From positions 23,714-87,713 of the forward strand of contig JAXDKS010000012.1 of NCBI GenBank assembly GCA_034666985.1: a stretch of DNA of 64,000 nucleotides, given 5' to 3'. The notes beneath the pieces are model-generated. The model saw only the letters and a program-made list of their open reading frames with translations. It was not told the DNA's origin and searched no databases. Shown piece after piece: positions 45,398 to 54,338 of the stretch (the first letter of the stretch is position 1; the number at the start of each line of letters is the position of its first letter). The DNA comes from Acidobacteriota bacterium. GTDB lineage: Bacteria; Acidobacteriota; Thermoanaerobaculia; Multivoradales; UBA5704. Position numbers and translations under genes: made by a program.

Positions 45398-48262
45398 CTA
45401 TCCCGCGGACTCCGTCTTCGCCGTCCGCCGGATGCGGCGCCAGGCGATCGCCACCATCAGGACGATCAGGAGGATCAGGGCGCATCCGGCGATCATCCAC
45501 ACCCAGGGCGGCACGTTCCAGCCCTTGCGCCCGCCGGGCAGGGGCACGAGGTCGCCGTCGCCCAGCACGACGATGCCGGCCCAGGCCGCGGCCGGAGCGC
45601 CGGCGGCGATGAGGTCCTTCTGGGCAGCCTGGGCCGCGGCGGCCACGGAGAGGCCGTGGCCCAGGTGGCGATAGAAGTGGTCGAAGAAATCCGCGGCCTC
45701 GTCGTCCCGCAGCCGCCACAGGCTCGCCACCACGGTGTTGGCTCCGGCCTGGAAGAAGGCGCGGGCGAGGCTCATCACCCCCTCGCCCCGCAGCACCACG
45801 CCGGTGTTGCTGCTGCACGCGGAGAGGACGACGATGCGGCCGCGCAGGTCGAGGTCCACGATCTCGCGGATCTGGAGCAGGCCGTCCTGGTTCGCGGCCC
45901 CGGGAGCGAGGAGCACGCCGGAGCGGTCGGGGTTCACCTCGTCGGTGACGGCGTGGGTGGCGAAGTGGAGGACGCCGAAGCGTTTGAGGGGGGCCGACTT
46001 GACCCAGGATTCCGAGGCTTCGTCGCCCAGGCGCCGGACGCTGCCGCCCCCCATCTCGCCGACCACGGAGTAGCTCTCGCGGCGGGCGTAGGGGAGCGGC
46101 CCCAGGCGCATGCCCGAGCCGAAGACGGCGGCCCTCTCCTTCGCGGCGACCACCCGCGGGCCGCCGCTGTCACCGCCGGGCAGGGGAGGATCGGCGAGGG
46201 CGAGGGCGGGCACCGCGGCCACGGCCGGCCGCTCCCCCGTCCAACTCAGCCAGAGGGTGGCGGAGGGGATCTCCGTCAGCTCGAAGCGGACGGCGAGAGG
46301 CGGCGCCTTGGGATTTGCCCGCAGTGCCGCGAATGGGAGCTGATGAAGGACGTCGTCGGGAATGATCGTCAGCCTGCGAATCCCCGGAGGCAGCTCGGCG
46401 AGGGGGCGCTCCAGGAGCTGCCGGTAGAGGCTCGCGGCCGGCGCGGCTTCGGAGCCGTCCCGCCGGTCGAACATGCCGGTGAAGAGACGCCCGGCGGCCC
46501 GCAGCTCGCCGCGGCCCGGCAGGCGATAGACCCGGGTGCCGCCGCGAGTGGTCACCAGGAGCCAGGAGCCGCCGGCGAAGCCGCCCCGTTCATCCTCCCA
46601 GGAAGCGACCTGGAAGGAGAGGAGGGCTTCGTCGGCACCCAGCGCCCGGCGTACCCGGGAGAGGGTGGCGAAGTCGGGCCGGCGCGGGCTCGCCAGGGCC
46701 GGTGCCGTCCGGGCGAGCTGATTTCGGAGCTCCGCCTCCTGGATCTCCAGCGCCTCGAGCTCCCGCATCGCCGTCGTCCGCTCCGCGGCGGGAAGATCGG
46801 GGTTCATGAGCTGCCGCTGGACGCCGGAGATCCGCTCCATCACGGCGCCGCGCCGCTGCCGGAGGGGAGCCGCCGCTGCCGGAACGGCGTGAGCGGCTTC
46901 GAGGGTGTCGACGAGGCTCCGGGACCGGAGGCGCTCGGCGACCTGGAACGCCCGCTCCAGATCTTCGAGTCTGGTGCTGGCGGCTTCGAGCAGGCGGCCG
47001 GAGAGCCAGTAGTAATCCTCGGACCAGGTGGAGAAGGCTTCGGCCTTGCCCGAGGTCGCCGCCTGCTGGTCCCGCAGGGCTTCGATGGCGCTCAGCGCCG
47101 AGCGCGAGTCTTCCATGGCCCGGTCTCCCGAGCCCGAAGCCCAGCTCACGCGCATCCTCTCCCGCCAGGCGTAGGCCATGGACCAGTAATCCTCGGAGCC
47201 CCGGGCCAGGGCCAGAGATCGATCAATAGACTGCTGGGCGGCGCGGGGATCGGTGGGTGCCAGGAAGCGGGCGAGGGCGTTGAGACAGTAGCTCTGATCG
47301 CGCGCCGTATCGACCGCGGCGAGGCAGGCCTCGAAGTGCTGGCGGGCGTCGGTTCCCTTGGCTAGCATCCCGAGGATTAAATGTGCCTTGGACTGGATGC
47401 CGCGATTGGGGGCCGCGATCGCAGCGTCCAAGGCCGCCTGCGCTAATCGCGCGACCTCCTGCCGGCCTTCTTCGCTAGGTAGCTCCGCCGTCCGATCAAG
47501 CACGGCGCGGGCCATGCCATAGCGGGCTCCGGCCTCGCCATAACGATCTCCTTCCGTCACCGCCAGCTCCGCCATCCTGCGGAAAGCCTGCAGCCCCTCG
47601 TCATAGCGTCCGAGCTCCAGGCTCAGGTTGCCCAGTGCGCTCAGATAGTCACGCTTCATGGAAGAGGTGACGCCGGGGAATCCGGGGAAGAGGACGGCTT
47701 CGGTCTGGCGGAGCAGGATGTAAGCTTGCTCCAGGTCCTTGCCCACGGCCCAGAGGTGCCGGGCCTGGAGGGTCCGGGCGCGGGCGATCAGCTCGGGCTG
47801 GCCCGAGGCCTCCGCGACCTTCATGACCCGCTCGGCCTGGGCTCCCGCTTCCTCCACCTTCCCGGCATTGAACAGGAGGCGGTGGACGTTGGACCTGGCG
47901 AGGACCTCACCCCGGGCTTCCTGCCGGGTGGCGAATCCCTCCGCGGCTGCGCGGAACAGCTCGCCGGCATGGGCCGTGTCCAGGTAGGCCAGGTAGAGGG
48001 TGGGCCAGGGGCTTCCCGGATACTGTTTCAGCAAGCCCTGGAGATGCGCCGCCCCCTCCTCCGGTTTTTTCAGCGCCTCGCCGGTCTCCTCGAAGCACTT
48101 GGCGGTTTCCTCGCCCTCCGGCCGGCTGCCGGCGAGCCGCTCGCAGACGTCGAAATTTGCCGGCGGCTGCGGCGGAGGCGCAGCCGCCGTGGAGGGAGAA
48201 GCTGCCAGAAGGAATGCCAGGATCGCCGAGAGCATCGTGGAAAGTCTACCGTAGCGCGGCAA
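45398..48262 (-). CDS. TPR-repeat protein with CHAT (caspase-like) domain and C-terminal TM anchor (paralog of 7886-10672)
   Basis: Signal peptide (alternative start 48235). TPR repeats. HFATHAV...VVLSACSS gives the His/Cys dyad. Terminal hydrophobic helix. Confidence 0.7.
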   Translation of the reverse strand: MPRYGRLSTMLSAILAFLLAASPSTAAAPPPQPPANFDVCERLAGSRPEGEETAKCFEETGEALKKPEEGAAHLQGLLKQYPGSPWPTLYLAYLDTAHAGELFRAAAEGFATRQEARGEVLARSNVHRLLFNAGKVEEAGAQAERVMKVAEASGQPELIARARTLQARHLWAVGKDLEQAYILLRQTEAVLFPGFPGVTSSMKRDYLSALGNLSLELGRYDEGLQAFRRMAELAVTEGDRYGEAGARYGMARAVLDRTAELPSEEGRQEVARLAQAALDAAIAAPNRGIQSKAHLILGMLAKGTDARQHFEACLAAVDTARDQSYCLNALARFLAPTDPRAAQQSIDRSLALARGSEDYWSMAYAWRERMRVSWASGSGDRAMEDSRSALSAIEALRDQQAATSGKAEAFSTWSEDYYWLSGRLLEAASTRLEDLERAFQVAERLRSRSLVDTLEAAHAVPAAAAPLRQRRGAVMERISGVQRQLMNPDLPAAERTTAMRELEALEIQEAELRNQLARTAPALASPRRPDFATLSRVRRALGADEALLSFQVASWEDERGGFAGGSWLLVTTRGGTRVYRLPGRGELRAAGRLFTGMFDRRDGSEAAPAASLYRQLLERPLAELPPGIRRLTIIPDDVLHQLPFAALRANPKAPPLAVRFELTEIPSATLWLSWTGERPAVAAVPALALADPPLPGGDSGGPRVVAAKERAAVFGSGMRLGPLPYARRESYSVVGEMGGGSVRRLGDEASESWVKSAPLKRFGVLHFATHAVTDEVNPDRSGVLLAPGAANQDGLLQIREIVDLDLRGRIVVLSACSSNTGVVLRGEGVMSLARAFFQAGANTVVASLWRLRDDEAADFFDHFYRHLGHGLSVAAAAQAAQKDLIAAGAPAAAWAGIVVLGDGDLVPLPGGRKGWNVPPWVWMIAGCALILLIVLMVAIAWRRIRRTAKTESAG

Positions 48263-48335
48263 TCCTCACCTGAAAACACAAAGCGGGCGGCTCCGGGGAG
48301 TCGCCCGCTTTGTGGAAGAGTCGCTGGCGAAGACT

Positions 48336-48464
48336 TCAGGGCTTGATCGGGCCCGGATCGGTATCCGGCGGAGCGGTGCAGCAGAGCTTGACCGGGTCGT
48401 CCTTGCCGTTGCCGCCAGTGCCGGTGGGTACAGTCGTGTTCTTAGGGTCGGTCGCGGTGCTCAT
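48336..48464 (-). CDS. small peptide ORF (41 aa, Thr/Pro/Gly/Asp-rich, KLCC) with canonical SD
   Basis: AAGGAG sits 8 nt before the ATG in an AT-rich pocket. Product MSTATDPKNTTVPTGTGGNGKDDPVKLCCTAPPDTDPGPIKP. Confidence 0.4.
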   Translation of the reverse strand: MSTATDPKNTTVPTGTGGNGKDDPVKLCCTAPPDTDPGPIKP

Positions 48465-48718
48465 GAGATATCTCCTTCAAGGATTCAGATCGTTTTTGTC
48501 TAGCTTTTTCAAGTCTCTCGGGTGGCTTCTCTGCCCCCGATGGGAGTAGCAACGAAGGCCGAGCCCCGATCCCCTCACTTCTTCCGACATAACGTATGAG
48601 ACGGGAGAAAGTTTCTTTTGGTTCCCATGTAAGTCGTTGATATAAAGCAGTGAAAGCGTTTCCAGTCCAACACCGGAAAAAGGCGGGCCGTGGCCCGCCC
48701 CGAGCTTCGGGCGATCGA

Positions 48719-49393
48719 TTACTGCAGGAGGGTGGTGAAGGTGGGGGAGGTCACGCGGTGGCCGTCGGGGAAGACGGCCTCGACCTGCCAGAGGAGCTTC
48801 GCGCCCGCCGGCAGACCGGCGAGGGCGGCCTCGGGAAGGCGGTACTCGGCAGCCGTCCGGCCCTGGGCGCTGGCGACCTGACGGAGATCCTCGGTGCTGA
48901 CGCTCACGTCGTAGGAAGCGGCGCCGGCGAGGGGAGTCCAGCGCAGCACGGCGCCCTGGCGCGGCAGGGCCTGGCCCGCGGGAAGGAGGGAGCGCACCTG
49001 CGCCGCCTCGCCCTCGCGATAGGTGGGAGGCTGGGTGGGCACGATCGCCTCGCGGTAGACGCCCACGGCGACCAGCAGGCCGGCGGCCAGGGCAGCGGCC
49101 GCGAACAGCGGGCGCCACTGCCCGAAGCGGCCCACGATCACCTTGCCGGGTGCCGTCTGCATCTGCTCGGCGCCCTGGCGACCGACCTCTACGGCCAAGC
49201 GCCAGTCCTCGGCACAGGCCTCGCAGCGGGCAGTGTGGTCCACCACCTCGCGCATCTCGTGCGGCGGCAGCTCGCCGCGCACGGCGGCCCAGATCGTTTC
49301 GGGGGCCGGGCAGTCTTCGGGCGCCGGGGTGGCTGCGGCCGGGGCGGTGAAGGCGGCGCGCAACCAGGCGAGATCCTGATTGTCCTGAGTCAT
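48719..49393 (-). CDS. zinc-binding (ZAS-like) anti-sigma factor, single TM
   Basis: H-x3-C-x2-C (VDHTARCEAC), then TM (AAAALAAGLLVAVGV). Directly downstream of the ECF sigma. Confidence 0.6.
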   Translation of the reverse strand: MTQDNQDLAWLRAAFTAPAAATPAPEDCPAPETIWAAVRGELPPHEMREVVDHTARCEACAEDWRLAVEVGRQGAEQMQTAPGKVIVGRFGQWRPLFAAAALAAGLLVAVGVYREAIVPTQPPTYREGEAAQVRSLLPAGQALPRQGAVLRWTPLAGAASYDVSVSTEDLRQVASAQGRTAAEYRLPEAALAGLPAGAKLLWQVEAVFPDGHRVTSPTFTTLLQ

Positions 49394-49531
49394 GGCTGCA
49401 CCTCTCTTTGGTCCTTCCTCTCGCAACCGAAATCAGAGTGCTTCAAGGGATTCCTGCTGCCGCTCCGGCAAGCCCACGGGGCGCCTCGGCGGGTTCGTCA
49501 AGAGAGGAACGCTCCGGCCCGGCCCTTTCCC

Positions 49532-50125
49532 TCACTGCGCAACCTGGTTGCGAATCCCCTTCGTGCCCAGGCAGTCGCGCAGGTCGGCCATCCCCCGGTA
49601 GACCAGGTTCTCGGCCTTCTTCGCCGTCCAGCCCATGAGCTTGCCGACCTCGGGCACGCTGTGGCCCTGGAGGTTGAGGGTGACGGCGTGGCGCCGGGGC
49701 GGCACCATGAGCCCCAGGCAGTCGCGGATGGCCCGTCCGACCTGGCGTCCGGCCGAGGCGCGCTCGGGGTCCGGGTCCGGCGCGGCGGGATCGTAGGAGA
49801 TGGGCTCGTCCTCGTTGCTACCCCCCTCGAAGGAGACCTCCTGACGCCGTCGCAATCGCCGGACCTCGTCGATCATGGCGCTGTAGGCCGCCTTGCGGAG
49901 GTAGAAGGCGTTGAGCTCGGCCGTCCCCTCCTTCTTGCGCTGGATCTCCATCACCCGCATCATGGCGACCTGCACCAGGTCGTCGGCCTTGTCGGCCATC
50001 CAGCGCGGGCAGACGCGGTCCACCGCGCGCACCAGGTCCCGGTGGATCTGCGCGTAGTCCTTCGAGCTTCCCCAGGGTCCTTTCTGTGAGTCTGAGATCA
50101 CCGTTCTCCACCCGAGACGGCGCAT
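49532..50125 (-). CDS. ECF RNA polymerase sigma factor
   Basis: Region 2 (DLVQVAMMRV) and region 4 HTH (LQGHSVPEVGKLMGWTAKKAENLVYRGMADLRDCL). Confidence 0.7.
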   Translation of the reverse strand: MRRLGWRTVISDSQKGPWGSSKDYAQIHRDLVRAVDRVCPRWMADKADDLVQVAMMRVMEIQRKKEGTAELNAFYLRKAAYSAMIDEVRRLRRRQEVSFEGGSNEDEPISYDPAAPDPDPERASAGRQVGRAIRDCLGLMVPPRRHAVTLNLQGHSVPEVGKLMGWTAKKAENLVYRGMADLRDCLGTKGIRNQVAQ

Positions 50126-50330
50126 AGCCTACTACGACGGCGGCTGTGCTGAGAGCGGCGAGGGGAGTTGGCGGCGGAGAGGGACCCCCGCCGCCAGAGA
50201 GCTTCGGGGCCCGGGCATCCGGAAAGCGCGGGCGGGCTCATCCCATCCGGCTCAATCACCAGGACGAAGGAAGGGGGCGACGGTATTAGAACAGCCCTGG
50301 CAAGCAGGCCAGTTGCCGATCCCGTCATAA

Positions 50331-50783
50331 ATGCTGCGGACTCTGCTAGACTCTCTGCGGATGAAGCCAGAGACTGAGCATATCGTCCAGATCCTCAAGA
50401 CCGCGATGCGGATCCTGGGTTGCACCAACCGGGAGATGGAGCGGAGGCTGGGCGTGTCCGGCGGCTATCTCAGCCGTCTGTTCGCGGGCACCATGGAGCT
50501 CAGGTTCGAGCACGTCGTGGACATCGCGGAGGCCCTGGGGCTCTCCGTCGAGGAGATCTTCCGGTTCGCCTACCCGGAGCCTCGGGCGCCATCCGGCGCG
50601 GCCGTGCGCCTCCAGGAGGCCACGGGAGGATTCCAGTCCCGGAGCGCGGCTCCCCTCGGCGTGCCGCCGGCGGAAGCCCTGGCTCCCTCCACCAGCACGG
50701 TGCTGGAGGCCGAGTTGGAGAAGATGATGCTGCGCACGTTCCGCAAGTTCTTCACGAATATGGCGAAGACCGCCGACGAGTAG
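50331..50783 (+). CDS. XRE-family HTH transcriptional regulator
   Basis: Cro/C1-type HTH (TNREMERRLGVSGGYLSRLFAG). Alternative start at MKPETEH (50361). Confidence 0.6.
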   Translation: MLRTLLDSLRMKPETEHIVQILKTAMRILGCTNREMERRLGVSGGYLSRLFAGTMELRFEHVVDIAEALGLSVEEIFRFAYPEPRAPSGAAVRLQEATGGFQSRSAAPLGVPPAEALAPSTSTVLEAELEKMMLRTFRKFFTNMAKTADE

Positions 50784-50795
50784 GGGAGGATCGCG

Positions 50796-51005
50796 ATGAA
50801 GAAGGCCCAGATTCCGGAGGCCAGCCGGGAGGCCCTGCGCCGCGCCGTCCATGCTGGATTCGGCGAGACGCCGCGATCCGAGGGACTGGTGGACATCCTG
50901 TGCGAGGTGGCGGCGATCGGCGGGCTGGAGGAGGCCCTCAGCACGCTGGCCAAGGCGCAGGAGGAGGTGGACCGAGTGGAGGCCGCCGGCGGGCTGATGG
51001 CCTGA
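50796..51005 (+). CDS. hypothetical small protein (69 aa)
   Basis: GGGGAGGA SD. Follows the XRE gene with a 12-bp gap. Confidence 0.4.
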   Translation: MKKAQIPEASREALRRAVHAGFGETPRSEGLVDILCEVAAIGGLEEALSTLAKAQEEVDRVEAAGGLMA

Positions 51006-51028
51006 TGACCTGAGGGTGGCGAGCGGTC

Positions 51029-52396
51029 CTACCGCCCGGGTGTCTCCCAGGCCCGGGCTTCGAAGGCTGTCAGCGGCCCGTGCTCGATCCGTCGCAGATA
51101 GCCCTTCACCTCTTCCACCATCGCCACCGTCGCGACCCTCACCTCACAGGCGGTGCGCAGCAGCATCACGGCTCCCAGCGCTTCCCGCTCGATCCCCAGC
51201 CGGAGGAATGCCTGCGAGGCTTCGAGGACGACCTCCCCGGCCTCCCCGGCCTTGTGTTGCGCCAGCAGGGCCGCGGCCAGATCGAGGGAGAAGAGGGCCG
51301 CGTCGTAGGGCCGGTCCGCCTCGGTGAAGCCCCGCACCACCTCCCGGAAGATCGCCTCGGCGCGGTCCCGCTTCTGAAGGCCGTAGTCGATGCGCCCCTC
51401 GAGCACGCGGAGGCGGAGGCGGTTGAGCCGCCCCTCGACGGCGGCGAAGGCGGCGGAGTGGAGGAAGAGGAACCTGCGGGCCTCGCCGTAGCGGCCGCAG
51501 TCGACGAGGAAGTGGAGCTGGTTGTGCAGCGCCGCGTGCTCCAGGGCGGGATCGCGGCCCAGCTCCAGCAGGTCCGCGCCGCGGCGCACGAGGCTGATCC
51601 CCTCTTCCGGATCGCCCGCGTTGCCGGTGTAGAGACCCAGGGTGATCAGCGCCCGGCCGGTGAGGTGGGCGTCGCCGCTGTCCTGATGGAAGGCGAAGGC
51701 CTTGAGGAGGTTGTTGCGGGCGGGGCCGAACTGCCGCCGGTCGGCGAACAGGGAGGCCTCCAGCTCGAGCATCCGGACCTCCAGGAAGCGGTCCCCCGTG
51801 CCCAGCTCGAAGAGCCGGCGGGCGTCGTCCAGGGAGATCCTGGCCGAGTCCAACTGGTCCAGCACCCGGTAGGCGTTGCCCAGCTCCGCATGCGCCCGGC
51901 ACTGGAAATCGGAGACTCGCTCCGCGCCGTAGCGCACGGCGTCGAGCCGCTCGGCGGCCTTCACGGCCAGCCAGGCGAACTGCGCCATCAGCCGGGGATT
52001 CTCGTGGCGGAGCGACCAGCTCCGGGCGAGCAGGGCCTCGAACAGGGCGAGGTCGCCGGTCTTGCGGGGGAGCTTCTCCACTGCCTCCAGCCCACCCTGC
52101 GCCAGGATCCGCTCCAGCTTCCGGGCCTCGGTCCGCTGCCCCTGCAGGTGGCGGTCGAGCTTGCAGGCGGCGCGGATGGCCCGCTCGATCGCCGTGTCGT
52201 ACGCGGCGTCCTCCTCGGCCGTGAGCTCGGGGGGGCCCGGCTCGAGGCCGAGGAGAAGGCGCAACGAGGTGGGAGCGGCGTCGAGGCAGCTCACGCAGGG
52301 CGCCAGCAGGTGAGAGAGGATCTCCCGCGCCCGCGCGGCGGACAGGCTGCCTGGAGTCAGAGCCGAGAGCTCTTCACGGCTCGGATGGTCGTTCAA
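51029..52396 (-). CDS. TPR-repeat protein (putative regulator) with Cys-containing N-terminus
   Basis: TTG start with AAGGAGG 5 nt upstream. N-terminal ...LLAPCVSCLD, then many TPR-like helices. Confidence 0.55.
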   Translation of the reverse strand: MNDHPSREELSALTPGSLSAARAREILSHLLAPCVSCLDAAPTSLRLLLGLEPGPPELTAEEDAAYDTAIERAIRAACKLDRHLQGQRTEARKLERILAQGGLEAVEKLPRKTGDLALFEALLARSWSLRHENPRLMAQFAWLAVKAAERLDAVRYGAERVSDFQCRAHAELGNAYRVLDQLDSARISLDDARRLFELGTGDRFLEVRMLELEASLFADRRQFGPARNNLLKAFAFHQDSGDAHLTGRALITLGLYTGNAGDPEEGISLVRRGADLLELGRDPALEHAALHNQLHFLVDCGRYGEARRFLFLHSAAFAAVEGRLNRLRLRVLEGRIDYGLQKRDRAEAIFREVVRGFTEADRPYDAALFSLDLAAALLAQHKAGEAGEVVLEASQAFLRLGIEREALGAVMLLRTACEVRVATVAMVEEVKGYLRRIEHGPLTAFEARAWETPGR

Positions 52397-52509
52397 TCCC
52401 GCCTCCTTTTGGAGCAGGTATTGTCTCACAACCGGGAAAAAAAGACGACGGGAAAAAGGCCGGGGGCGGAGGGGTCGGCCCCGCCCCGGATTTTCGCGTG
52501 CATGACGCT

Positions 52510-52812
52510 TCACTTTTGGGGATCGACGCCCACGCTCGTCTCCGAAGGGGCCGGTGAAGGGGCGAGGGTGAGGTAGGCTCCGTTGGGATCGATCCCCGCG
52601 CTCCGCTTGCTCTCGATCCTCGAGTCCTGCCGGGCTGCCGGCGCTTGTTGCGCGCCGCCGGTCCATGGCCAGATCGCCGTGAGCCACTGCCACCCTTTGC
52701 CGAAGAGCCCGGGCTCGATCCTCATTCCGGCGGCGTGGGCCGGAGGGGCGAGAGCCAGGGCCAGGGTGAGAGCTGCCGCGGCGATCACGCGCCGATTCCG
52801 TCGCTGATCCAT
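52510..52812 (-). CDS. small secreted protein (100 aa)
   Basis: AGGAGGA SD. Signal peptide VIAAAALTLALALAPPAHAAG. Trp-rich mature part. Confidence 0.5.
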   Translation of the reverse strand: MDQRRNRRVIAAAALTLALALAPPAHAAGMRIEPGLFGKGWQWLTAIWPWTGGAQQAPAARQDSRIESKRSAGIDPNGAYLTLAPSPAPSETSVGVDPQK

Positions 52813-53110
52813 ATCTCCTCCTGATTCCGCGGAGCTGGCGGGGGCCGCCATGGCTCCACCGCCCGCGGATGCAACGTCCGTTGCCTGGGCATCCAGTTTG
52901 GCATGCCCCGGGAGCATTCCCTCCAGCCATGCCGCCAGAAGGAGTCCCTTCAATACGAAAGGTGTCCCGCTCTCGCTCGCTCGCGCCACCTACTTACCGA
53001 AGCACATGAACTTTTAGTCCGTGGCGACTCATGGTGCCGCGGGGTCCGAGCCGGAGGGAGCGGCCGCGGCGCCGGGGGACGACACGGCGATCCTTATGGG
53101 GGGAGACAAC

Positions 53111-54334
53111 ATGAATCCTGTCGTCAATTTCGGAGGGAACGTCGACTTCGAGTACCTGATCCTGGGGGCGGGGCCCGCGGGCCTGCAGATGGGCCACCAT
53201 CTCTCCCGTGCCGGCCACAGCTACCTGATCCTCGAAGCGGGGGACTGCCCCGGCCACTTCTTCAAGACGTCCCCACGGCATCGCACCCTGATCTTCGACC
53301 GGAGCTCGCTGCTCAGCGAGGGGGACGGCCGGCTGCTGTTCGAGGACTACAGCCGCAAGGGTTTCCCTTCCGCCGACGAGATGGTGCGGTACCTCGGCGA
53401 CTACGCCGACTTCCACGAGCTCAACGTCCGCTGCAACGCCCGTATCCTGCGGGTGGAGAAGCCCCGGCCGAGCCAGTTCCGTCTCCACGACGCCGCGGGC
53501 GTCCTCTACACCTGCCGCCGCCTGATCGTGGCCACCGGGGTCAACAAGCCCAACATCCTGGCGATCCCCGACATCGAGCCGGCGGAGAGCGATGTCGAGG
53601 TCCCGGTCGATCCCTGCGCCGGCTTCCGCTTCGACGACTCGATCTTCGCCGCGGACTGCCGGCCGGAGCTGGTGAGCGACGGCCGCTTCCCGGCCCAGAC
53701 GCCGGAGTGGGAGTCGGTCAACATACCCGGTCTGTACTTCGCCGGCGCCCTGATGCGGGCCAACGACGATGAGAAGCACACCTGCGGCTTCATTCACGGC
53801 TTCCGCTACAACGTGCGCTGCCTGTTCCGCATGCTGGAGAAGAAGCACCACCACCGGCAGTGGCCGGCGCGGGAGATCGAGCCCACGCCCGAGGGGCTGG
53901 TGGAGGCGGCGCTGGAGCGCATCAACCGCACCTCGGCCCTGTGGCAGCAGACCGGCTTCCTCCACGACGTCATCATGGTGGACGAGGGCTGGGACCGCGC
54001 CGTCTACTACGAGGAGATGCCCCTCGCCTACGTCCACGCCAGCGCGATCGGCGACAGCCGGCACTACTACACGGTCACCCTGGAGCTCGGGAAGGTCGAG
54101 GGCGGCCCCCTCCACCCGGCGATCCGGCGCTGGTGCGGCCGCCACCTCGTCTCCGAGCAGCGCCTCCTGGAAGACCTTTCCGGCGAGTGGAAGAAGCCGG
54201 ACTCCCACGTCGCTCCCCTGCGCTTCTTCTTCATGGAGCAGCTCCTGGAGACTGCCGAGATGGGCGGTCCCGAGATGGAAGAGATGATGGAGGAGGCCGT
54301 CCTGCAGCGCGAGCTGCACCGCGTAGCGGTGTAG
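53111..54334 (+). CDS. FAD/NAD(P)-binding flavin monooxygenase-like oxidoreductase
   Basis: YLILGAGPAGL (GxGxxG), a second dinucleotide motif (LIVATG) and HTCGF. FMO/pyridine-nucleotide-disulfide oxidoreductase-like. Confidence 0.65.
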   Translation: MNPVVNFGGNVDFEYLILGAGPAGLQMGHHLSRAGHSYLILEAGDCPGHFFKTSPRHRTLIFDRSSLLSEGDGRLLFEDYSRKGFPSADEMVRYLGDYADFHELNVRCNARILRVEKPRPSQFRLHDAAGVLYTCRRLIVATGVNKPNILAIPDIEPAESDVEVPVDPCAGFRFDDSIFAADCRPELVSDGRFPAQTPEWESVNIPGLYFAGALMRANDDEKHTCGFIHGFRYNVRCLFRMLEKKHHHRQWPAREIEPTPEGLVEAALERINRTSALWQQTGFLHDVIMVDEGWDRAVYYEEMPLAYVHASAIGDSRHYYTVTLELGKVEGGPLHPAIRRWCGRHLVSEQRLLEDLSGEWKKPDSHVAPLRFFFMEQLLETAEMGGPEMEEMMEEAVLQRELHRVAV

Positions 54335-54338
54335 GGGT

